NCBI GenBank assembly: GCA_028023455.1
Contig: JAQFVV010000004.1
Coordinates: 23,002,001-23,066,000, forward strand
Length of the DNA: 64,000 nt
Source of the DNA: Epiperipatus broadwayi
Lineage: Eukaryota > Animalia > Onychophora
Reading direction: 5' to 3'
Positions 53,293 to 64,000 of the stretch are shown here, piece after piece; the first letter of the stretch is position 1; every line of letters begins with the position of its first letter. Made by a program: the position numbers and the translations under genes. The notes below the pieces were generated by a model. The model searched no databases. It saw only the letters and a program-made list of their open reading frames with translations, and was not told the origin of the DNA.

Positions 53293-54232
53293 CACCTGGG
53301 TCTCGTTTTATGCGATAGATAGGTTCCTCAGAAAACACGCGCAAACGAAATCGTGCAAAAATAGACATAACTTACCTTGAAAAAGGGGGGATATGGACTG
53401 TGATTTTTCAAAATTCGCGTAAAAGCAAAGCACCAACGTAAAATTACTTTAAAATTCGCGCAAAAAAAAAAAAATAAGGAAATAAAATATGACTAATAAA
53501 AAATTTCAAATTTGAAAAAAATTGATACAAGACAAACTTTTTTTAACTATAATATTTAATTCTATTCAAAACAATATATTTTTATGCATAATTTACAGTA
53601 ATTTATATTTTTTTATACACATTTTAATTATTATCGCTATTTGCCAATAAACAGGTTCGTTTGCAAACTGATACAAAAATCAGATTCTTCACAAGATGAA
53701 ATACAACTAGCGCCAACGTCACTCTCGTGTTGTGTTAATTAATGGTTTTCTGGTGACAACGTAATTAGTAATTAATCTAACAACTAAAAATTAAATTCTT
53801 ATTTTTGTCTTTAATTTTCAATTTTAATTGTGCCCACTGCTATTACTCACCTTTTAAAAATAAAATTATGTTCTTTTTTAAAAAGCAAAATCAGAATGTG
53901 ATTTAAAATGCAAAATTAACATGCACAATGTTTGAACAAATTTACATTATAATCTTGTAAAATTTAATGTGTGTATACATAAAATGTGGAAATCATGATT
54001 TTAATTTCATTATTGCATAAAATCTTATTATTATAAAGCACTGAAAATAATGAAATTACTAAGTTGAAAGTCGAATTTCAATAATGTGCTATTACTTTCA
54101 ATATAATATAAGTGCGCGAAATTTATTATTTAAAGTAATAGCGCAATATTGGAGTTCGACTTCCGGTAGAAACACGAATCGCGTAACTTCAAAATCGTGT
54201 TAAGTAAGTCCACGTAAAAAGAGACGCAGGTG
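53293..54232. mobile_element. same MITE family, copy 2 (940 bp), opposite orientation
   Basis: TA|CACCTGGGTCTCG...GAGACGCAGGTG|TA; its left end matches the reverse complement of the right end of copy 1 (gatagatagg..tcagaaaa). Confidence 0.88.
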
Positions 54233-57200
54233 TATACATATTTTAAAAAAGATAAAATTTAAATTACATCAGTATCTATTTTTCCATTTTGGACCACTGT
54301 AAATGATCATGTTCATTAATAAAATTTCTTCAGTTTTATTGAAAATATACACATTTTACTCTTCCTTTATTATACTTTCCAAATTTAATGTATAGTATTT
54401 CGCATATTAAAAATATTTTCTAAAAGCAATGTTAAAGGTTTTACAAAATTTTAGAATATACTCAAAGTTAATACTGATTTAAAAACATTAAAACAATTAG
54501 AGAACATATATTCTTTTGATAAAAAGACTAGTCTATTATGTTTCCATTAGAAAAAAAGTTATTGAAAAAAAAATTGCTCAGAGAGTATTTAATTTTGATG
54601 AATGTCAGACATTTCATTATTTAAAGAACAAAAATATGCTACAGTAAGGTTTTTTTCCTTGCTTTCACTTTTTCATAGAATGGATGAATGAACACACACT
54701 CAGTAAAATATATTTATATGTATCCCCTCAATTTATTATTAATAACTATGTTAATATTATTTGTTTAAATTTTAGTTTATGATTTTAATTTATACATGCA
54801 TACTATATACATAAAAAGCATCTGTTAAATTTATGTGTGTGTTCAAAGGTATTAAACATTTGTAGTTCAATAAAGAGCTATTATACTTTATATGTATTTG
54901 TATGTAAGAGAGCTTGTAACAAAATATAACTCAGTTTGCGGTTCCACTGTAAAGATAAATTTACTTTAAAATTATGTAATTAAGGTCTTGAACCCTATTA
55001 ATATAATTTTTTAGAAACTAATAAAATTTAACCAAATTCTGATTTTAAATTACATAACTCAACATCATATCTGAAAAAAATAAAAATTTTGAATTTAGTA
55101 TGTCATGACATTTAATTTAGCATCTGGTGAATCTAAAAATACTCCATATAATCCGCAATGTAGTTTTTAGCCCACTTTGTTTCTTTAAACAGATGTACTA
55201 TTAAATCTCAATTTGATTAGCAATTAATAAACCAACTTGTGTTAGGAATACCAATAATGATCTTTATTTGATATTCAAAAAATATAAATATTCCATTAAA
55301 ATATTTTATTGTAAATGATAGATGATTCTGCAATACCAAAATTTCTTCATATTTAATGTTACAAAATGTGCAAATCTCATAATTACTTTAATTAGATAAT
55401 AAAATATATCTTAAAAATGTAATCACTACTCTATACTATTTAGATACACAATATTACAAATAGATTTGTTGAACTATTTAATTCCATTATGTAATTTTTT
55501 AATATAAAATCAATTATTTTCAGAACTACAAAACAGAATAAAAATATTAGATTTAATATGAATATAATGAAACATTTGCAAATTGTTAACATATCTCTTC
55601 CAAAAAAAAAATTTTTTTTGCCAAAAGAATGGGAGCTTTAATCAATTTTTTCCCCCAGTGTTTTCTGTTACAAAATTAAATGTTTCAATTTAATGTTAAA
55701 AAAAAAAGTGTAAGCCCAAGAAGCTATCTGTTTTTCGATGATATTAATAAACTAAACTCTGCCTTTTTTTTAAATGTTTCTATATTAATATAATTAAAGA
55801 TTATTGGCTCCAGAAATTATACTTCTAGAAAATGAAGATTTTATGCAGGAAGACTAGAGTCTCAAAATATCTCATAAAGTGACAAAAAATGTGAGCAAAT
55901 TTTGGAAAAATTAAAGAAAGCTACTAGCTGATTATTTTCAATTTTCTGTAACTTACAATTATGAATTCCTGTATTTTATTATGATATTTACTAAATCAAA
56001 ACCTAATTACATTGAATTTCAACAATGAGGCAATCAGCCATAATATAATTACAGGAAGAATAATATTAATGAACGCCAAAATTCTTATTTTACAATTGCA
56101 AACAAGCAAATCTTTTACTAGAAAAAATGATTAAGCTGACAATATGCATGATAAATTTGTAAACCAAAAAAAATTCCCATATTCATTATCCCCCTACCCT
56201 AACCATAGTTCAAGGATTTATCTTTCCTATATGTGGTTACTATAATTTTAAAGTCAGGCCATCTAGAAAGAGAACAATATGTCATACTAGCACTATTTTT
56301 AATATTAAATAGCAGAAAAATGTAATTTCTTATAAATGTTAAATTTTCTTCTGTTATATTTAAACGCTAATAGAGGAAGTGAGAGATAACTAACAGAAAA
56401 TCAATATCAGTCACATATCCCTGTAAAATATTACTGTATGAATTTAGTAAAAATAACTGTGGTGCAATTAGCTGGGGCAAAAGTGGTGATTTGTTAAATA
56501 TTTTAAAATGAAAAATATTAGGATGGTAAATGCATTCATTAAAAATGAAAGAAGAAACACCATCTATACCTACAGTCAACAATCCATAAAGTATTAGAAT
56601 CAAAGCTTAAACAAACTATGAGCTACCATCTACTATACCAAATCTATTAAGGAGGTTTGGAAATAAAATATAGCTGATATTGTGCTCAATTGTAAATAAT
56701 TACTCAAGGTCATGTAATCCTCAAGTACATGAGTCGCAAATTGAGTGTGACAGTTTCATTTGATAAAAATCTTTGATTTGTGAATTAATTAATATACCAC
56801 TGCCACAAACTACACCATGTGTTCATTAAATAAATAGTGATCACATAATATAATTATATGATTTCAGTAATGCCCACAGTAGAAAAATATAAGTTTATAT
56901 AAAAGTATGAGAATCAAAAGTTCTCATAATATCTAAATCAAAGATGACTTTGAAAGCAATGGCACTTTGACATTTAAATAAAATTTTAATTAGTTTCTTT
57001 GTAATAGATAAAATTCACAAAAATATACTGTGAATAGATTACATGATAATACTAAAAAGATTAACATTCATATAAATGTACAACAATCCTGATTCCATCT
57101 TTTCAAAACTTTTAACAGCAGCTTTATGAGAACTATTTTATAGATTAAAGTAGAAAGCTAGGGGAATAAAATGCATGAAGATTTATGTCATTTACAACTC

Positions 57201-57399
57201 TGCTGATGATTATGTATGTGTGTGTGTGTGTTTTTTTTTTTAAATAATGCTTCAGGGATAATAGAAATGTTACAAGAGTTATCAAAAAAAAAAAAAATCA
57301 AATAATATTCAATGATTTTTCACTGAAGAAGAAAATAAAGATTGATAATCACGAATTAAGAGTTAACAATTACAATAGATGGAATAATAATGAATAAAA

Positions 57400-57990
57400 A
57401 ATAAATAATCAAATATTAAAAAAATATACGATTTGTGTTGAAAAGATAATTTATAATAGATATGTTAATAGTCTTATATATAGATGAGACTTTGATACTT
57501 AACAGAGAAGCAATATAGAGAATTCATGTCATATAAGTATATATGAAGAAATGTAATATTGGGAAAAGCAAGAACTAAAATCAAAATATATAGGTGAGAA
57601 AATAAACAGATATCATTAATATTCATTCCATTCTTTCTAAAATACTATATCTCGTGTCTGGAAAAATTGAGAGTATTCATTTATAATTTATCTTTAAAGC
57701 GCATGTGCACTGGCTTAATTGATAATATTACTATAACATAAAAAAAAAGTGCTATATAAAATAATATCTCATTATACACTGAAGGAATTAAAAGGCTTAA
57801 ATAGACAGGCTCGAAATATTATTAGAAGATATAACAATAGATGGACTTACAAAGATACTACACATGACAGAGGAGGATAAGATCTTGCAGGAGAGAAATT
57901 AAAAAGAAAACCTACAGATTGAAAAAACATTTAATTTGCAGAAACCTTCGTTCTGCAATGGATTGATAATGGATAAAAATAATTGTTACA
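57400..57990 (+). mobile_element. RTE LINE 3' fragment
   Basis: Degenerate ..RRYNNRWT.. and a tail ttctgcaatggattgataatgg shared with the 9.3-9.65 kb copy. Confidence 0.6.
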
Positions 57991-59559
57991 TACATATTTC
58001 AATTTTATTATTATGCATGGAACAAAAGATTAGTAACAACAAACCAAGAATTTGTTTACATTAATTTAAGAAATCATGAAAATTCAAATGAAATATATCA
58101 ATGACAACAGGGGCATTTTAATCATGGAGAATTTCTATAAAAATTATAATTATATTTTTTAATATAAAATAAATCATTATTTCTAGTTATACAGGCTACT
58201 CACTATTGCGTAAAAAGGCTACAGCTTGTTAGAGAATTTTTTATCAAGAAAAGAAAAATAAGAGTACAATTCAACTATCTCTTGACAAACTTATAAAGAA
58301 AACACCAGCTATTAATAAATAAAGTATTATTTATGTATTGTATATTCAAGTATTTATTTTTATCTGTGAGTCTATTATATCAAAATCATCAATCAATACA
58401 TATATAGAGAGAATAATGATTTACATTTTATATAATATTAAGTTGTAACGTTTTAGTATTAATTTTATTTTTAATATTGTAATAAATTTATTTTTATTAA
58501 CTTGAGATCTCTTTCCATTACTTTTATTCTTAGAAAATTCTCATCAATCATATAAAAACTTAATAGTTTTGGTTCATATATCATCAGTGATTACAGCAAT
58601 TAATTTCTCATACAGTAGGTCCTGCTTCAGAAAACATAAAATCTAAAATGTAATTATGACTAAGAGTAAAAGCCTATGCAAATTTCAAAATATTTTCAAA
58701 TAATTAACATGTCATTTTATTTATATAATAGTAATAAGATGAAAAGAGTATTGAATTTTAAACTTTCTGAAAAATAAGCAAGCAATTTACTTATATTTTT
58801 ACCATAGAATTTTTTTAATGAAAACAATAACTAAAAATCCTTATACATTTTTAATAATTATAAATATTGATCTTTTAGCTTATTTTTATTTATTTTTGAC
58901 TGATTGCTTTTGCATAACTGTTTTATATTTTTAATGTGTCTTATTCTATTTTTTTAACTTTAAATATATAATTTAACATATTTCTATTACTTTAATTATT
59001 TCATTAACAATGTAATAAAATAAAAAAAAAGTAGAGGACTGCCTGTATATGCTAATATAGATCAATAAAAAATAAATATTTTAAAAACAAACATTTTGAT
59101 GCTTTTTTTTAAAAAATATTGTTCTATTTTCATACATTTCAACTTTTGTACGTTTCAGGAACCAATTAGGTATGAATGTTGTGGACCAGCTGTATTAGGA
59201 ATTCTATGATTTATATTAAGAATAAATTCTGTTACATCATATTTACATAAAACATTTTTTAAAAAAAAAAACACTACATAATTCACCATTCTTTTTTTCC
59301 TAAGATATATTTCATTACCCACAGGTAATTGTAAACCTACATATTTAAAGTACCTTTCATTACATTCTGCAGTTGTTCCTCATAACATTATGTGTTAGAA
59401 TTCCAAACAACAGAACAATAATTAAGTGTAGGAACAAATATTACATAAAATAAATAAATGCATGATTGCTTATATAAAACTTTTTTTGACTTTGCTATAT
59501 AATCCCAGTAATTCTATTATATTTAAAAATAATTTCATTAATGTGGGTCACAACAAGAC

Positions 59560-60400
59560 CATTACTATTAAACCTAAACATTTTATCTTATCCTTTCTAG
59601 GAATAACAATATTACAAAATGAGACTATAAGTATTTTCTCAATATTAACAATCATCTGATTTTTTAAACACCAAATCACAAAGCTATTTATAGAACTCTG
59701 TAACCTTAAATGATCAGATAAATTATTAATTTTAAAAAATAATTTAATATCAGCAAATAATATATTGTAAACAAATATATATGAATCATCAGATAACTGT
59801 AAAATATTACAATTGCTAACATTTTCAGATATATCCTAAGTATATATTAAAAATAAAATTGGTCCAAGAATGCTTCCTTGAGAAACTCCACTTTTATAGT
59901 AATAAATCTCAGATTCTTTGAATTTGTAATAAACATAATTTGGTCGCTCAGTTAAATATGATTTAAACCATAATAAAAGAAAGAAAATTCCAAACAATCT
60001 AATTTAGATAATAAAATGCTATGATTCACCATATCAAAAGCCCTATTAAGATCAAAATATATTACATCAAAACAATCTTGTTCATTTATAGCATTAACTA
60101 TATGATCATATATTATTATCAAATTTGTCTCTACTAATCTGTTTGGAATAAATAAATATATGCATTAAGAATATTTATAAAAAATATTCCTATAATTTGA
60201 AAAAATATTTCAAATATCTGTCACATTTTTATGATTCTTAAAACATAAATGTAATAATAATTGAGGGGAAAAAAATCAACACCTGGTCATAGTGTCAATG
60301 AATTAAGTTATTTGGACTCCTGAAAATCTTGTAAATAGCAAGAGTACGATTTGAAAGAAATCTGTGATTAAAAAAGATCCCACAATTAACTTGAACAATT
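59560..60400 (-). mobile_element. CR1/L2-like LINE RT fragment
   Basis: Minus strand gives DLNRAFDMVNHSILL and GVSQGSILGPIL (DLSKAFD.V.H and GVPQGS.LGP motifs). Confidence 0.75.
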
Positions 60401-61070
60401 TTAAACAACTGTTTTTTAAGCATATGCATTTATTTTGTTAACAATTTTATCACATAATTTTTAATAAAAAAAATGGCGAAGGAGTCCAAAATTGAATACA
60501 AAAAGCAAATTTTATTTAAAGCTAAAAAACTTTATAGTCTAGTTGAAATATAAGTCTTAGATCTGCAATAGTTGCCACACTCACAGTTTCTTTTTGGTAA
60601 TAATGCTAAAAAAATGTATTCATCAATATAAATAATTGCATAATATAATATTAGTCAAGAATCAAACTAATATTGTAATTTCCAATTTTTTTATCATATT
60701 TAATTGCAACTTTGGAAATAAAAAATTATAAAAATAAATAAATAATAAATAAAAAATGCATAAAAAATTGATATTTTTTCTAAGTTCTAATAAAATAAAT
60801 AATGCTTCATAAAAGCTTATTGAAAGTAAATGAATATAGTATAACTAGAATATATATAGATGGTAGCATTTTTGAATCTATTTGAATGGCATCAAGGGAT
60901 TTCAAATTACATTAGTTATGAAGTTAGAAAACAAACCATCAGTAAGAATTAAAAACAGCCATTGCCAAAGAAATAAATATTCTCAAAATAGAATTTAATT
61001 TAAAAAATAAAAAAAGGTTTTGGAATGGAAAAAATGAGCAAAAGATACAAATACAAAACATTCACGTTAG

Positions 61071-61662
61071 TGTCATATCTGACCCTGCCTTCAGAAGTGG
61101 ACTATTCCAGATTCCTTGCCTGATTGGCTAGCACCCAGTTGCTATCCAACAGGATTAAAACCTTCACTGGGGTTCGCACACTGAATCCGCGTGTTTCCAG
61201 TAAGGTAGGGGATCTGCCTTTAAATAGTCAGCCTTTTGGAGGCAAGGCAGAGAGCAATTACTTCTGTTAACCTGAACGACAGAACGTGCTCTCCATTAAA
61301 CCTTCTGCCATCAGCAAAGGTATTTATCTAGTCATTATTGGGACGTCCACACAGTGAGGCAAGTCCACCTACGGACTGGAAACTGCTACGTCTGAACTAG
61401 AGCCGACTCGAGGCAAACTAACTACATAGCTGGAAGAGTCTTACCAGAACTCACGACGCAGGCTAATCATTACCTGGAAGCGAGTTCCATACTCCGCACG
61501 ACTATCTCAGCATTGAAGCATATCAACTGTATTTGTACATTTGTTTAACTAACATGTGTATATATTTTGTACTAATAAATTGTACATATAAATTGCTGAA
61601 TAGTTGTTCTTTTTGTATCTGTTGGTTTGGAAACGAATCTGCAAGCCTAACCAAACACAATA
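61071..61662 (+). mobile_element. solo LTR, 592 bp
   Basis: GTTAG|TGTCATATC...CACAATA|GTTAG: 5-bp TSD, TG start, end probably mutated from CA. GC-rich U3-like part with tttaaatag near 61220 and AATAAA near 61575. Confidence 0.8.
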
Positions 61663-62619
61663 GTTAGGTAAGTTGTAAAACAAAAATTCAATTAGGCAAG
61701 TAGTCATAACTGATTAATCACTTCTGGTATAAACTTTTACAACAATACTGAATTAATCTAATACAATCAATTGTAGGCATAAGATTTTCTTTATCTAATT
61801 TTTTTTTTTAAAATGCATATGCAGAATATAAATCAATGTAAGCTAGAGAAATACAATTATATATATTTAAAAAGAATTGAAACATGTTATTAAATTGAAT
61901 ATTCTAATGAAAGTAATGTCAACTAAGAAATATTTGAATTCAACTAAATATTCCAATATTCTGGATTGGCTTTAATAAATACATGATAAAAACAATTTAA
62001 TCAGTCTATTTTCAATATATCTAGTGAAAATAAAATAAAATATGTAAAATAGTATACAAATAGTTTTCAACTTACACACAATCTGTTCCACAACCTTTTG
62101 TGTAACCCACTTTATCTATAAGTTGAAAAAAATTATAAATCTTTATGGTTATAATGTATTACAGTGTGTTTTCTTTGAATCATATTAAAATATTTTTTAT
62201 AAAGTCTATTAGTTTTTAAAATTTAAAAAACCCCACAAACACATATTATTTGAAACACCATATTTCTAATAGTATTTAAAATAATTGATGCATTACAATT
62301 AATAATTTTTTAATTAATGAAAGTTAAACTTTTTATTTTTAAAACAATTTTTTTCAATTTAAACAAATATGGTGAAGGTTATTTTTCTACTAAAGAATTA
62401 AATAAAGATATTCTTTCTCTTCTTTGCTCATTTAAACAGTGGAGTTTTTTTTTTTTTTTGCTGTTTTTATATTCTAAATTGAATTATCATTCAATACTGA
62501 ATAGTAGGAAGTATGTTGGGCTTATGTAAGAAAAATTGCCTGTATTCCAAAAATATATACTATATTTTAAAATAATGAAAAAGTCCAAATTAGTTTTAAT
62601 AATAAATGACTACATAATG

Positions 62620-63340
62620 ATTTATGCTGTATTTAAGTCAGACTAATATATTATTTTCACTCTATTTTATCAACAAGTAAATGAAAGTTTATAACCATTG
62701 AAAGTTTTAAGAATAGGTAGGTGGTCTATTATATTCTTTGCAGTATACTGACATACAAGTGTTATTTATACATATTGATGGGAGGAGGGGTAATTCTTTT
62801 TACATTTCATATACATTAAGTTATATGTATTTAATCCTGATGCTACCAACTATATTTGTTCAATCATAATTTCAGAATGATTTATGTCATATTTATATCA
62901 AGCAAATATATAATTTCTTCACTATTTCCAGCAATGCCAGTAAATGAAAGTTTAAAATCATTGAAATCTTAAAGAATAAATGGTCCATATGTTATTTATA
63001 CAAAATATATGGGTGGGGGATTACATTCATTTAAATTTCATATGCTTAGATTTCATTAATATTATAAAATTATTAAAAATAAGATTCTATCTTTACTCTC
63101 TATATATTCAACAATAATTTCAGAATGATTTATATCATATTAAATTATGTTAATATATAATTAGCATTCTTTATTTCTAGAAATACCAATAAACAAAAGC
63201 TTACAACTATTGAAAGCTTAAAGAATAGGTAATACATTCTATTCTTTATTGTTTATTGACATATGATAGTTATCTTTACATAGCTTTTGATTAATGTTGT
63301 TACTTCCATTTATATTTCATATACATTAACTATGTATATT
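62620..63340. repeat. about three diverged tandem copies of a roughly 250-bp unit
   Basis: ataatttcagaatgatttat recurs about 248 bp apart (near 62866 and 63114); attgaaa..tt.aagaata recurs near 62697, 62959 and 63209. Confidence 0.7.
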
Positions 63341-64000
63341 TGATATTTTCATAATAAAAGTTTTTACATTGTTAAAAGTATCTATGTACTGTTTATAAAC
63401 AATGAAAAAATAAATAACGTTTCACATAGTAGCTAAAATACCAATTTATTAAAGTATTAATAAGTCAAAACTTAAAAAATCTGATCTACTAAATAAAAAT
63501 ATGCTCCCTCTCCCTTTTACATAAAAAAGACTGATGATTTATAAATATTATTCATTAATCTAACAATTTAATAGATTTAATTATACAATGAGTGTTGTAA
63601 GCTTGTTATAAAGTTTTGAAAATGTCTAAATAGCACTCACTAAAAAGAATCTAAAAGGAGAAACTGATTCTGTTAGTAAAGCAATTCTATACATTTCTGA
63701 AATTATATACATATAACATGGGAGTTTAAATTAATTATAAGATAATAGTTTCCATAAAAAATGCATTTTTTATTTTTATAAATATAGCAAATTTAGATGT
63801 AACAATTTTAATATATCAAATTGCAAGCTCTTGTACCTATTCCCTCCTTAGATAAAGTTAGAGCTCATTATTTTTTATTTTATCTAATTTATTATATAAA
63901 CTATACTTTGGTTATAAAAAATACTTTATTATTAATTTACAATTTTCATTTTTTGTACCAATATATTTCTTTTTTTAATAAAATTTATGATTAAAGTACT

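Noticed and set aside
19657-63000. Numerous 60-125 aa F/I/L/K/Y/N-rich ORFs
   Set aside because: Expected by chance in about 75% AT DNA; no motifs, splice support or codon signal.
1-64000. CRISPR arrays, rRNA, intact tRNA genes, operon-like systems
   Set aside because: None seen; the DNA is eukaryotic and intronic, and the only tRNA-like sequence is the retroposed SINE.

Overview
Very AT-rich metazoan DNA, probably arthropod (inferred from composition, RTE LINEs and CpG decay); not prokaryotic. Most of the window is intronic sequence of one minus-strand gene for an RS-domain splicing factor, best matching RBM39/Caper. Five exons splice in frame by eye: 24206-24160, 18999-18895, 18807-18589, a 15-nt microexon at 17056-17042 and a 36-nt exon at 1436-1401. 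They give DESSKAVENGDKESRSRNKKKKRSHSRSPRRSRSRGRSRSPRRDRSRERRRSRGRDRDRERERDRE...RDRGLDKIKVPSRAPPASDLKLFP. The RRM exons would lie left of the window, and I could not find the MADD-type start exon. The introns carry several GC-elevated islands that look like stop-containing (poison) cassette exons with RNA stem-loops over or next to their splice sites, plus a candidate recursive splice site. Mobile DNA includes a 4.8-kb insertion with TGTAAC...GTTACA ends and a 4-bp ACAT target duplication, filled with decayed coding-like sequence lacking recognisable RT or integrase. There is also an inverted pair of LINE copies, many RTE and CR1-like relics, a fold-back LINE hairpin, a tRNA-Gly-derived SINE with a 17-bp TSD, two copies of a TA-flanked MITE and a solo LTR. 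All calls are by manual reading; no searches were run.
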